DNA of 64,000 nt from Chthonomonadales bacterium (GCA_049967475.1 JBMFSQ010000011.1:32001-96000); one strand, 5' to 3'. Positions 9,900 to 21,606 are shown, numbered from the stretch's first letter. The notes: generated by a model not told the origin, from the letters alone. Numbers and translations are program-made.

Positions 9900-11696
9900 T
9901 CAAACATCTACCAATCCGGGATACTCGTGGCTGCCGGCTCCTAAGAAACCTTCACTTCGGCCTTGCGGATCGGGAGTGATCCAGAATGAGTAAAGGCTGC
10001 CGCTGATCACATGAAACTTGAGGCGCACAGTTCTGCCGGCGAGGCGCCCAAGATCCGGATCTCCGAACCAGCGCACGCGCGCGCTGCAGTGGTCTCCTTC
10101 CACGGGGACACAGCGCCAGGCGGCGAAGGGCGGTATCACGCGTCCCTGCTCGTCCAGCACTTCCACCAGCAACTGGCCTCCCGGGCGCCAACGCCTGCGG
10201 ATGATACCGCCTCCGCCCCTTCCTATAACAGCGTCCGCCTCGGCATCCGTACCCGTTGTGGAGGCGCCGAGGATCGGAACCCAACTTGGCCCGCCGCTCC
10301 CTAGGGCCGCATTCACAAACAGGTAGCGCCCTCGGAAGCGAAGCGGGCGGGTCGTCAGCACTCCATAGCCCCGGACGGCATCCATGGAGGCAAAGCCGTC
10401 CCGCCGGAGGCTCGCCAGTCCTGTGCTCACGACGCCACTTTCCGGGGTTCCAGGGATGCCGGCCCGGCCGCTTAGGAAAAACCAGAGCCGGTCGCGCGTC
10501 ACGATACAGCATCCTCCCGCGGGCTGCACGTTCCCCCAGTTCCAATCACCCGCCCGCTCGGACACCCCGGCAAACGTGGCGCGCGATGTTCGGTCCCAAT
10601 GGAAGCCGTCGCGGCTGAACGCAACAACAACCTCATTGATCTTGGGGCGATCCGCAGGCTGACCGCGCCAAACGACCAGCAGACCGAGCATCACACTCTC
10701 GTATGCCACCTGCGACATGTTATAGAGTTCGCACTCCGTTGCGATGCCGGGTCTTGGAAGATCCAGCCGGTCGGCATCTATCCAGCGCGCAAGCTCGCCG
10801 GCCCGCGGCCAGTTCGGCCCGAAGGACCACCACGGACCGTTCACAGGGTCGCGGTTCTCCCAATACATGCGCACGCGCTTCCCCCAAGGCCAATACTGTT
10901 TGACGCTGTAGATCCATCGCTTCCGGAAGGGGTTCCATGCCACGCTGGTCGCATCGCCGCAGGCTGTTGCTGCCGTAGCGGCCGGCTCCCAATGCACGCC
11001 GTCCGGCGATATGAGGGTGTTGAAGGTCCAGTCGTCGCCATAGAAGCGGCGCTCCACTTTGAAGAGCTTGTACCGGCGCGTGGCGTCGGGATCGAAGGGA
11101 TCGCGCCAGATGGTCCGATCATCTACCCGGTAGGGAACCTGGTGCACAATGTTGGTTCCCGGCACGACATCCAGGGCGGGCTTCCTCCAGTGGATCAAAT
11201 CCTCGGACACAGCCATGCAGGTGTCTCGAAGGTTTCCGGCCAGGTACCACATTTTGTAGAGGCCGTCGTCGGGATCGAACCAAACGCCATCTATATACGG
11301 CGCAGCGAAGGTGCCATTGGCTTCCCACGGCTCGTCGGGTTTCAGCACCGGGTTCCCGGGATACCACTCTGCAGCGTGGAACGTGCGGGTTAGGTTCGTC
11401 CGTTCAATGAGGAAGTCATCTACAAAGAGCTGCCGGCCTACGTCTATAAGGATAGGGTTCGGCGGATTGACGATGTAGGGCACCGGGATCGGCTCGCCGT
11501 CGAAGGCGACGTCCGCCGGCGGCCAAACCGGAGGCAGGACGATGCCGTTATAGAGCGTTTCCGGCAGGCCTCCCTGGGCTTCCGCCGGTGCGAAGCTTCC
11601 TTGAAGGACGGAGGCTGCCAGGGTGGCGCCGGAGACCAACAAAAACTCGCGGCGGCTGAGAGTGCCGCGCCGGGGTGATAGGTCATTGCGGTTCAT
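9900..11696 (-). CDS. Tat-exported beta-propeller glycoside hydrolase-like protein (GH32/43/130-like)
   Basis: SRREFL Tat motif; RQLFVDD, SEDLIHWRKP, SPDGVHW, SRDGFHW Asp-box-like motifs, LRRDGFAS; RBS AGGAG. Confidence 0.75.
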   Translation of the reverse strand: MNRNDLSPRRGTLSRREFLLVSGATLAASVLQGSFAPAEAQGGLPETLYNGIVLPPVWPPADVAFDGEPIPVPYIVNPPNPILIDVGRQLFVDDFLIERTNLTRTFHAAEWYPGNPVLKPDEPWEANGTFAAPYIDGVWFDPDDGLYKMWYLAGNLRDTCMAVSEDLIHWRKPALDVVPGTNIVHQVPYRVDDRTIWRDPFDPDATRRYKLFKVERRFYGDDWTFNTLISPDGVHWEPAATAATACGDATSVAWNPFRKRWIYSVKQYWPWGKRVRMYWENRDPVNGPWWSFGPNWPRAGELARWIDADRLDLPRPGIATECELYNMSQVAYESVMLGLLVVWRGQPADRPKINEVVVAFSRDGFHWDRTSRATFAGVSERAGDWNWGNVQPAGGCCIVTRDRLWFFLSGRAGIPGTPESGVVSTGLASLRRDGFASMDAVRGYGVLTTRPLRFRGRYLFVNAALGSGGPSWVPILGASTTGTDAEADAVIGRGGGGIIRRRWRPGGQLLVEVLDEQGRVIPPFAAWRCVPVEGDHCSARVRWFGDPDLGRLAGRTVRLKFHVISGSLYSFWITPDPQGRSEGFLGAGSHEYPGLVDV

Positions 11697-11850
11697 CACA
11701 AGCTCCTGAATAGACGGCCACGGGGCGATAGTGCCGGAAACCAGAAGGGAAGCGCCTATCCGGCTGCCGACAACAGTATCGGAAGGTTTCCACGCAAACT
11801 GAACAGGTGTCGCCTGCCTTTGCGGCGCGGCCGCAGGGCTAGCCGAGCGT

Positions 11851-12684
11851 TTGTTGGAGATTGGAGCATCTGTGGGATTGCGATCTCTTCGCATCACCGA
11901 GGTTCGGTGCAAAACGATCCTCAACCGCAGCGTTCAGGGCTTCGCCGACTACACCCTGAATGCTTACCAAGGTTGCGGCTTCGGCTGTTCGTACTGTTAC
12001 GTTCCCGTCTTGCGGCGGCGCCATGGCCTTCAGGACGAAGCCGCCTGGGGCGAGTGGGTGCTGGTAAAGGTGAATGCACCCGACGTTCTGCGCCGTGAGA
12101 TGTTGAGGATCCCTCCGGACAAGCGCCTTGCAATAGGCACGGCGAGCGATGCATGGCAGCCTTTGGAGAAGCGCTACCGCATCGCGCGCCGCATCCTGGA
12201 GGAGCTGTCCTATTACCCCAACCGGGTCAGCATCCTCACGCGGTCGCCGCTTCTGCTCAGAGACATTGACGTCCTCCAGAGAATGGCCAACGTGAGCGTG
12301 GGCGTGTCCCTCCCGGCAGTAGACGAGCGTGTCCGGCGCATCTTCGAACCCTTTGCCCCGGCTCTTCCGAGCCGCTTTTACCTGATCCGCAAGCTGGTTG
12401 CCGCAGGATTGCGGGTGTCTATCTTCTGGTGCCCTATCCTCACTGGAGTGTGCAACACTCCGCTGATGGCAGAAGCGGTGATGCGCCAAGCAGCGGCGCT
12501 GCATGTAGACCGCGTCGTGTGCGGTACCCTCAATTATGGGAACGAGCTGGGCCGGCCCTACCGCGAGCGCGTGGAAGAGTTCCGGCGCCGGTTCGGCGTG
12601 AAGGGGCCGCTCCTCGCACCGGCTGCCATGGCTTCAGAGGTTAGCAAATGGGCCAACGTATATGGAGTGAAAGCCTCGTTGTGA
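11851..12684 (+). CDS. Radical SAM protein, spore photoproduct lyase-like family
   Basis: LNAYQGCGFGCSYCY CX3CX2C motif, DAWQPLE, ILTRSPL..RDID; start uncertain. Confidence 0.88.
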   Translation: MLEIGASVGLRSLRITEVRCKTILNRSVQGFADYTLNAYQGCGFGCSYCYVPVLRRRHGLQDEAAWGEWVLVKVNAPDVLRREMLRIPPDKRLAIGTASDAWQPLEKRYRIARRILEELSYYPNRVSILTRSPLLLRDIDVLQRMANVSVGVSLPAVDERVRRIFEPFAPALPSRFYLIRKLVAAGLRVSIFWCPILTGVCNTPLMAEAVMRQAAALHVDRVVCGTLNYGNELGRPYRERVEEFRRRFGVKGPLLAPAAMASEVSKWANVYGVKASL

Positions 12685-12837
12685 TCGCTGCGATCATGGC
12701 TCGCGGAACTCCACTCCGCAACAGCCCGGTATACAACCGGGACAGCTCAGGTTCGCGTGCATTCCACCCTTAACTGGAAACTGGCGGACCAGTGTGTCCC
12801 TAGGTTTGCATTCTTCGTGCCGGGAGGAACCCAAGTC

Positions 12838-15138
12838 GTGTGGTTTCGTTACGGAAGAACCGCAATCGTGCTGCTGTGCCTCGCCGCAGGGCCGTGGGCA
12901 GGTGCTCAGATCGGCGGCGGGAGATACCTTTCCCCATCGGCTGAGGTGCAGGGTCCCGTCAAACCCGGAGCGCCATTCACGCTGGTGGTGCGCCTCAACA
13001 TAGCCGAAGGTTATCATATCCAGGCGGCCAATGCAAAGGAGCCGTATATTCCCACCAAAGTGGATGTGACGGCTCCTCCGGAGTTCCGGATAGGGGCTCC
13101 TGTTTATCCGGCTCCGGCGCAGGCGGAAGTTGCAGGCGAGCGTATTCCCGTATTCGAGGGTCAGGCCCCGGTGCGCATCGCCGTGACCCCTCCAAAGGAC
13201 GCCCGGGGGAGAGTTCGCCTCAAGGTGGCCATCCGTTACCAGGCCTGCAACGCCCAGAGCTGCTTTCCGCCGGCTACCGCCGACACGGAAACCGAGGTAG
13301 ACTTGGGCGGCGCGCATGCGGCGCCGACGCCGAAGCCCCCTGCGCGTTCCGCACCTCTCCTCCAGTCACCCCGTGTAGGCAACACACCAGCTCCTGCCCA
13401 AGGCTCCCAACAGGGTCTGGAACAGCCGGCCGAGGTCTCTTCAAAGCCGGAGGATGTAGTCCAGGGGAAGCACGCTTCCCTCGTTGTTCGTTTGCCCCAC
13501 CGCATCGAGCCGGCGAGCCCCTTCATTATCGAGGTGCAAATCAAACTCCCCGCGGGCATCCACATCCAGGCCCATCATCCCGCAGAAGGCTTCATACCCA
13601 CCACGGTGAAGGTTACGGCGCCTTCGGGTTTCAAAGTGTCGGAACCCGTGTACCCACAGGCCGTAGCCGTCCAACTGGCAGGCCAGACGATCCCGGTTTA
13701 CGAAGGAAATGTGGCGGTCTCCGTACCTGTGACGGCGCCGGCCCGAATTCCCGCCCCCATGGAATTCAGGGTGAATGTGCGTTATCAGGCGTGCAACGCA
13801 GTGTCTTGCTTCCCGCCGGAGGAGCTTGAGTGGAGCTCCTCGCCGCCATCTTCGCGGGCACCCCGCGCAGAAGGCCCGGATGCTGCCGGCGTTGCTTCTG
13901 CTGCGGGCATCACGATCAGCAAGATCGAGGAGTACGTGCCTCCTGAGCGGTTCATAGCATTCCTTAGAACCGGTAAGGCGGGCGGCGAAGGCGGCGCACT
14001 GCAAGGATTGCTCAGTCGCAGCCTCATTCTGGCGCTGCCGGTGATCTATCTTCTGGGACTGGCCCTCAACCTAACGCCATGCGTGTACCCCATTATCCCC
14101 ATCACCATCAGCTACTTCGGGAGCCAGGCCAGCCGGCAGGGTTACCGGCCCTTCGCCCTGGCCCTCTCGTATGTGTTGGGCATGGCGGTGATGTACTCCA
14201 CGCTGGGCGTCGTCGCGGGAATGACAGGAAGCCTCTTCGGATCGCAGCTCCAGAACCCATGGGTGCTGGCCGGCTTTGCTGTGGTGATGTTTGCTCTGGC
14301 CCTCTCCCAATTTGACCGCAGGGATGGTACGCCCATTTGGGAAATCCAACTTCCCGGCGCCCTCCGCGGCAAAGCAACGGGCCGAAGCGGGCTCGCAGGC
14401 GCCTTCCTCATGGGGGTCCTCGTAGGAGTGGTGGCAGCGCCGTGCATCGGGCCGGCGGTGGTGGCTCTTTTGCAGTGGGTGGCCGCCGAGCGCAGTCCTG
14501 CCCTGGGCTTCGCAAGCTTTCTTGCCCTCTCACTGGGTCTCGGAACGCCCTACCTGGTCCTGGGCACTCTATCAGGTTCCCTTCAGCGCCTGCCGCGATC
14601 GGGAGAATGGATGGTGGGAGTAAAACACATCTTTGGGATGCTTCTGTTGTGGATGGGCTTCTACTACCTCCAGCCGGTTCTCAACACCTGGCGATCCGGC
14701 CTGGGCGACATTGCCCTCGCTGCGACCACCGCTGTCGCCGGGGTCTATCTGGTAGTGGACCGCGCCGGCAGCCGCGCCAGGACTTTCAACCTCTTGCGCC
14801 GAGCAATCGGCGTGGCAGGCATCGGATTGGCCGCCTGGCTTCTTCGTCCGGCCCCACCCGAGGCAATCCAGTGGAAGCCTTATTCCCAGGAGGCAATAGA
14901 CCAGGCGCTGGCGAACCATCAGAAGGTGCTCGTGGACTTTTCGGCATCCTGGTGCGCCGCCTGCAAGGAGCTGGAATACAAAACGTTCAGTGATCCGCAA
15001 GTAGCCCGGGCCGCATCTTCCTATATGGCTTTCCGCGCTGATATGACGGACTGGTCCGGCGCCTCGGCTCAACAACTCAAGAAGCGCTACAACATCGTAG
15101 GACTGCCCACCGTGGTGCGTCTCGTGCCGGCAGAATGA
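12838..15138 (+). CDS. dsbD: DsbD-like thiol:disulfide interchange protein with two N-terminal Ig domains
   Basis: Two YQACN..SCFPP domains; TM domain with LTPCVYP and AAPCIGP; C-terminal WCAAC thioredoxin; start approximate. Confidence 0.88.
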   Translation: MWFRYGRTAIVLLCLAAGPWAGAQIGGGRYLSPSAEVQGPVKPGAPFTLVVRLNIAEGYHIQAANAKEPYIPTKVDVTAPPEFRIGAPVYPAPAQAEVAGERIPVFEGQAPVRIAVTPPKDARGRVRLKVAIRYQACNAQSCFPPATADTETEVDLGGAHAAPTPKPPARSAPLLQSPRVGNTPAPAQGSQQGLEQPAEVSSKPEDVVQGKHASLVVRLPHRIEPASPFIIEVQIKLPAGIHIQAHHPAEGFIPTTVKVTAPSGFKVSEPVYPQAVAVQLAGQTIPVYEGNVAVSVPVTAPARIPAPMEFRVNVRYQACNAVSCFPPEELEWSSSPPSSRAPRAEGPDAAGVASAAGITISKIEEYVPPERFIAFLRTGKAGGEGGALQGLLSRSLILALPVIYLLGLALNLTPCVYPIIPITISYFGSQASRQGYRPFALALSYVLGMAVMYSTLGVVAGMTGSLFGSQLQNPWVLAGFAVVMFALALSQFDRRDGTPIWEIQLPGALRGKATGRSGLAGAFLMGVLVGVVAAPCIGPAVVALLQWVAAERSPALGFASFLALSLGLGTPYLVLGTLSGSLQRLPRSGEWMVGVKHIFGMLLLWMGFYYLQPVLNTWRSGLGDIALAATTAVAGVYLVVDRAGSRARTFNLLRRAIGVAGIGLAAWLLRPAPPEAIQWKPYSQEAIDQALANHQKVLVDFSASWCAACKELEYKTFSDPQVARAASSYMAFRADMTDWSGASAQQLKKRYNIVGLPTVVRLVPAE

Positions 15139-15163
15139 GGCCTCAGCACCCGAGGAGGTTACT

Positions 15164-16357
15164 CTGGATCCTTTCGCGATACCCGCTACAGCCCAGCCAG
15201 ACGGGCCCGTGATCCCGGTGGGAGGCTTCGGCACCGGAAGCTTCTGCATCATGCCTTCGGGCGAGTTCCGGCGCTGGCATCTCCATCCGGGCGAGCCGGT
15301 TCGGGATGAAGACGTGGCAGGGGATCGCTTCCACGTTTGGATCAGCGGCTCAGATGCCTCATTGGCGGCCACGATCGGCCACGCAGAAGGGCCCTATGCC
15401 TTTGCCGCCCTCGAGGGAATGCAAACGGAACGGCACGTACTCTTCCCCCTCACGTGGATGCGGTACAAGCACCCCGCCCTGCCGGTGCAGATGCAGAGCA
15501 TTCGTTTTTCGCCCGTGATCCCCGGTGCCCTTAGAGAAGCTTCGCTTCCTGTTCATGTAATTGTTTGGCGTGTTCTCAACTGCTCCCCGCACCTGGTGGA
15601 ATGCTCCCTCATGCTCACCCTCACCTGCCGATGGCCCCACACCCCGCCCCAGGTGAGCTTCGATTTGCAGCATGACAACCTCTGCATCACGGGTGCCCTT
15701 GGGGACCCTAACCACTGGGATCGCATAGCCGTTGCGGTGCCCGACCTCCACAGCGAAGGCGTATACCTACAAGGCATCGAGCCGTGGAACGCCCAGGGCC
15801 CTGCGGAGGAGCTGTGGACCGATTTCGCCGAAGACGGCGAGCTGGAACCCCAGCTTGCAAAGTTTGCAGAACCCGGAGCCGCCGCTTGGGTTAAGTTCGC
15901 TTTGGAGCCCGGAGAAGCCAAAGATCTTCCCTTCGTCATCATGTGGCATCTGCCGATATACCGGAGCGGCCCCGCAAAAGGCGCACCCCGGTATTACACC
16001 CAATTCCTCAGGAAGCGCCGGCCCGACAACGCCGTGGTATGGTTGGCCGAAGAGGCTCTGGAAGACTTCGGCCAGGAATGGCCCAACTGGCGCTACTGGC
16101 TCTTCCAGATCATGGATTGGCATGCGTCGCTCGCGGGTGACCCCCGCTTCCCGCTGGGGAGTCCTGGGGCCGCCCTGAACCTGCTCGCGGCCCTCCTCGA
16201 AGGCCACACGGTATGGACCGACGAAGATCGCTTCCACATACTGGCGAACGGAAAAGACGAGCTACAGCGCCTCGCCCGGCTGCGCCAGAGCGGCCTTCCG
16301 ATCCACCTGATGTGGCCGCACGTCGCCAAGGCCCTCGAAGCCATCGCCGCTGGTTGA
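15164..16357 (+). CDS. Stand-alone GH116 (GBA2) N-terminal domain protein; probable CTG start
   Basis: PVGGFGTGS...GEFRRWHL, FSPVIPG..REASLP, LEPGE.K.LPF...W..P; no catalytic C-terminal domain; RBS GAGGAGG 5 nt before an in-frame CTG. Confidence 0.7.
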   Translation: MDPFAIPATAQPDGPVIPVGGFGTGSFCIMPSGEFRRWHLHPGEPVRDEDVAGDRFHVWISGSDASLAATIGHAEGPYAFAALEGMQTERHVLFPLTWMRYKHPALPVQMQSIRFSPVIPGALREASLPVHVIVWRVLNCSPHLVECSLMLTLTCRWPHTPPQVSFDLQHDNLCITGALGDPNHWDRIAVAVPDLHSEGVYLQGIEPWNAQGPAEELWTDFAEDGELEPQLAKFAEPGAAAWVKFALEPGEAKDLPFVIMWHLPIYRSGPAKGAPRYYTQFLRKRRPDNAVVWLAEEALEDFGQEWPNWRYWLFQIMDWHASLAGDPRFPLGSPGAALNLLAALLEGHTVWTDEDRFHILANGKDELQRLARLRQSGLPIHLMWPHVAKALEAIAAG

Positions 16358-16417
16358 GATGCGCCGCCTGCCGCGATGATAACCGGTGCACCTTTTGCCG
16401 CTGCCAGGAGAGGTACC

Positions 16418-18940
16418 ATGAAGCCCATGAAGTGGTTCTTGCCCCTCTGCCTCACCCTGATGGCCGCTGGGCCGCCACCCGTTATGGCGCAGCGCCAACC
16501 TCTGCCGGACCTGGACGTGGTCGCCATCGAACGAACGCCACGATATCCAGGCTACGCACTGGAATATGGTCGGCCGGGATGGAAGGGCATACCCATCCTT
16601 GTGGGCAACCGCACGCGCAAGCCGCTCACGCCCCAAGAGGCTCGCCGCATCCAGCGATGGCCTAAAGAGGGGGAGCTGGTAACGTTCACAGCCCACGTTC
16701 GGAACCACGGCGATGCCCCTGCTCCTCCCTACGACTTCGTATGGATGGTGGATGGAACACCCGTGTCGAAGGGTGCCACTCCGGAAAGCCAGCCTGCTGG
16801 AACGGAACGCACATTCAGTTTCTCCTGGCGATGGAAGACCGGGCGCCACCTTGTCCGGTTCATTGTGGACCCCCTCGTGAAGATCCGCGATGCGTGCCTC
16901 ACCAATAACAGCCGCGAAGACGCCACAGACGCATGGTCCCTCCTCATGGCGGTGGATCGGGAAACCTACGACGCCTTCAATCGCACCGTCAACTTCCTGG
17001 GGACACGCTCCTTCGAGGATTGGGTGCAGTGGCATATAGACCAGATGAACCGCCTCTTCGACCTGAGCCCTTCGCCCTTCGGCCCGTCAAGCTGGAGGCC
17101 CCGGGTTCGGTGCGACAAATTCGTGGTGGTAGCGGATGCATCCAAGCTCTGGGCCAACATCCTTGGACCCGGAGTGCAGCCCTTGGATGCCGGATGGGAC
17201 GGCGCCTGGGGCTTCGGCCGGCGCGCCGACTGCGCCGCATGGGCCGCTGCGCCCGACTGGGGCCTCATCCACGAATGGGGACACCAACTGGGCCTTACCG
17301 ACGAGTATGCGCTGGACCGCCCAGGCTTTCAGAACCTGGTGAAGGACGCCCGGGGCGACCCCCTCCTCATCGGGCGATGGTCCTCTTTGCGCGGCACCAT
17401 GATGCACGGCCACGGCCCTACGCTCTTCTCGCCGGAATGCATGGCGGCCCTTCAAAGCCAGCGCGGCCGCCGGCGCGGCTATTACGGCGACTACTACTAC
17501 TGCATTCCTCGCGTCAACAGGCTGCGCATCTTGGATCGCACCGGCGCCCCTGTGGCAGGTGCCACGGTTACCTTTTGGCAAGACCGTGACGGCATCTTTC
17601 AGGACCCTCCCGTCTTCTTCGGCAAAACGGATGCCCACGGCCTCTTCACCCTCCCTAACCGGCGGGCACCCCACGTCACCACAGACCAGGGCTTCACCTT
17701 GCGGGATAATCCTTTCGGGCAAGTGAATGTAGTAGGGCCCGGCGATGTCTTCTTCATCCGCATCCAGGCGCGGGCACACACCGAGTACACCTGGATGGAC
17801 ATTACCGACTTCAACCTGGCCTATTGGTCGGGCAGGCGCGAAGCAGCAACGTTTCTTCGCAGAACCCACATTCCTGCAGCAGGCTCTCCGCCGCCGCCTT
17901 CCCATGTGTGGATAGACACATACCGCGACACGGTGCACTTGACGTGGAGCCCTGTGCCGCAAGCCCGCAGCTACCGCATCTACGACGGAGTGTCGGACCT
18001 GTTCGACTATCGGCCGGCAGGCACAACCCGTACGCCCAGGTGGACAGGCAAGATGCACGACGCCGGTATGCACCGCTTCGTAGTCACGTGCGTTGACGCC
18101 GCCGGCCGGGAGAGCGCGTATTCCGATTGGGCGGGGGCTATGCGCTTCATCAAACCGTGGGGCATCGCGCTGCTGCCGGACGGACGCGCCATCATCCGCG
18201 ACGCAGCCTACGGGCAAGATATCGTGCGGAAGGCCGATGGCGCCATCCTAGGGTTGATGGGATCCGTGCACTACCACTTCGAAGGCTCCTATGACGTGGC
18301 TGCAGATCCCCGGGGCCGCATCCTAAGCGCCAAATGGGGAGATGGCTACAACCCCGGCCAGGGCTTCAAGATACAGGGATCCGATTTGCAGATTGCCCTG
18401 GAGCGCCTCCAACCGCCGGGCAGAGGTCCGGGCCAGGTCCAAGGCCCCATGGGCATCGCTTCTGATGCAGCTGGGCATATCTTTGTGGCCGACACCGGCA
18501 ATGATCGCATCGAGGAGTTCGGCGCCGACGGCACGTTTCTTCGCGCCGTAGGGGAGGGCGAGCTCAATCAGCCCATGAAGGCGGCGTTCGACGCCTCCGG
18601 CAAACTCTATGTGGCGGACTCGGGTCACAACCGCATCGCTGTTTACGCACGGGATGCCGAAGGCGGGTTCCACCTGGAGCGAAGCCTCACAGGGGTGAAG
18701 GAGCCCGTATACGTACAGGTGGACCGTGAGGGCCGCGTGTACGTAAGCACCAACCGCGATGCAGGCGTTGTGGTGTTGGATAGGGATGGGCGCGTCCTGT
18801 GGAAGTTTCAGGGCACCCCGGTAGAGCCTTTGAGCGGTCCTCGCGGGTTGGCCCTAGACGGCAAAGGCCACCTACTCGTAGTGGACGAGGCATCCCAGCG
18901 CGTGCTCGCCATATCTCTTCCGCCGGAACTCAGGCGCTAA
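16418..18940 (+). CDS. Secreted CARDB + zinc metallopeptidase + FN3 + NHL-repeat protein
   Basis: FTAHVRNHG (CARDB); HEWGHQLGLTD zinc motif; FN3-like GRESAYS; NHL repeats VADTGNDRI and VADSGHNRI. Confidence 0.8.
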   Translation: MKPMKWFLPLCLTLMAAGPPPVMAQRQPLPDLDVVAIERTPRYPGYALEYGRPGWKGIPILVGNRTRKPLTPQEARRIQRWPKEGELVTFTAHVRNHGDAPAPPYDFVWMVDGTPVSKGATPESQPAGTERTFSFSWRWKTGRHLVRFIVDPLVKIRDACLTNNSREDATDAWSLLMAVDRETYDAFNRTVNFLGTRSFEDWVQWHIDQMNRLFDLSPSPFGPSSWRPRVRCDKFVVVADASKLWANILGPGVQPLDAGWDGAWGFGRRADCAAWAAAPDWGLIHEWGHQLGLTDEYALDRPGFQNLVKDARGDPLLIGRWSSLRGTMMHGHGPTLFSPECMAALQSQRGRRRGYYGDYYYCIPRVNRLRILDRTGAPVAGATVTFWQDRDGIFQDPPVFFGKTDAHGLFTLPNRRAPHVTTDQGFTLRDNPFGQVNVVGPGDVFFIRIQARAHTEYTWMDITDFNLAYWSGRREAATFLRRTHIPAAGSPPPPSHVWIDTYRDTVHLTWSPVPQARSYRIYDGVSDLFDYRPAGTTRTPRWTGKMHDAGMHRFVVTCVDAAGRESAYSDWAGAMRFIKPWGIALLPDGRAIIRDAAYGQDIVRKADGAILGLMGSVHYHFEGSYDVAADPRGRILSAKWGDGYNPGQGFKIQGSDLQIALERLQPPGRGPGQVQGPMGIASDAAGHIFVADTGNDRIEEFGADGTFLRAVGEGELNQPMKAAFDASGKLYVADSGHNRIAVYARDAEGGFHLERSLTGVKEPVYVQVDREGRVYVSTNRDAGVVVLDRDGRVLWKFQGTPVEPLSGPRGLALDGKGHLLVVDEASQRVLAISLPPELRR

Positions 18941-18955
18941 CGGCAAGGCGCAGGC

Positions 18956-20671
<1,716 letters not shown>

Positions 20672-20673
20672 TC

Positions 20674-20711
20674 AACAAAAACACCCCGCGCCCAAGATTT
20701 TGGGGCGGGGT
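20674..20711 (-). terminator. Intrinsic terminator (attenuator) in the pyrG leader
   Basis: ACCCCGCCCCAA-AATC-TTGGG(C)GCGGGGT followed by GTTTTTGTT, between promoter and RBS. Confidence 0.8.
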
Positions 20712-20730
20712 ATCGCGCACTGCCCGTGTC

Positions 20731-20759
20731 AGTATACCCTCCTCCGCATTGGGGGTCAA
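20731..20759 (-). promoter_or_regulatory. Sigma70 promoter of pyrG
   Basis: TTGACC-17nt-TATACT, followed by GACAC-GGGC. Confidence 0.85.
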
Positions 20760-20799
20760 CGGCAGGGTCCGCCCGCGTGTGGGCCGCATTTGGGGTCTG

Positions 20800-20828
20800 T
20801 TGCCAAGGCAAGCTCGGTTAGGTATACT
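20800..20828 (+). promoter_or_regulatory. Sigma70 promoter of the menG operon
   Basis: TTGCCA-17nt-TATACT. Confidence 0.75.
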
Positions 20829-20871
20829 CATTTGCGCGTTGCTCAAACCGTTGTGACATGCAGAAACTCAT

Positions 20872-21606
20872 GTGATGGCTGCCCAGAACGCCTCGCCCGT
20901 CCCTTATTCCAGAGAGCATCCGGACACCGTGCGGAGCATGTTCGCTGCCATTGCGCGGCGTTACGACCTGCTCAACACGCTCCTCAGTTTCAACCGCCAC
21001 AAGGCATGGAGGCGATACGCCGTCCGTGCCGCCGGCCTCAGGCCAGGCCAGAGCGCCCTTGACGTCTGCACCGGCACGGGAGACTTTGCGGTGGAACTTT
21101 TTAGGGCGGTGGGTTCGTCCGGCCTCGTGGTTGGGGCAGACTTTTGTCGTCCCATGATTGTCCAGGGCATGCCGAAGGTGCGCAAGGCATCGGGCGGGCG
21201 CATCCGAATGATGCTTGCAGACGGGTTGCGGCTTCCATACAAAGCCGACAGCTTCCATTGCGCCACTGTGGGCTTCGGCATCCGCAACATGGCTGATGCC
21301 GCTCTGGCCCTTCAGGAGATGACACGCGTGGTCCGCCCGGGAGGTTGCGTTGTATGCCTCGAATTCAGCCGGCCTACCAACCCTATCGTGCGAAGAATCA
21401 GTGACATCTACCAGATGCGGATCCTGCCGATGATTGGCGGCCTCCTCAGCCGGCGGGATGCGTACACCTACCTGCCGCGTTCCATCCAAACCTTCTACAG
21501 CCGCGAGGAGATGGCTTCCCTGATGCGCTCGGCAGGACTGGAAGACGTGCGTGTGCACAATCTCAACCTCGGCACGGTTTGCGTCCACATAGGTACCAAG
21601 AGATGA
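20872..21606 (+). CDS. menG: Demethylmenaquinone methyltransferase (UbiE/MenG)
   Basis: MFAAIARRYDLLN.LLSF..H..WR, LDVCTGTGD, GFGIRN, YTYLP.SI. Confidence 0.93.
   Translation: MMAAQNASPVPYSREHPDTVRSMFAAIARRYDLLNTLLSFNRHKAWRRYAVRAAGLRPGQSALDVCTGTGDFAVELFRAVGSSGLVVGADFCRPMIVQGMPKVRKASGGRIRMMLADGLRLPYKADSFHCATVGFGIRNMADAALALQEMTRVVRPGGCVVCLEFSRPTNPIVRRISDIYQMRILPMIGGLLSRRDAYTYLPRSIQTFYSREEMASLMRSAGLEDVRVHNLNLGTVCVHIGTKR

Noticed and set aside
11800..11857. LexA-like GAAC-N4-GTCG and GAGC-N4-GTTG upstream of the SPL-like radical SAM gene
   Set aside because: Two mismatches each to GAAC-N4-GTTC; the LexA motif for this lineage is unknown to me
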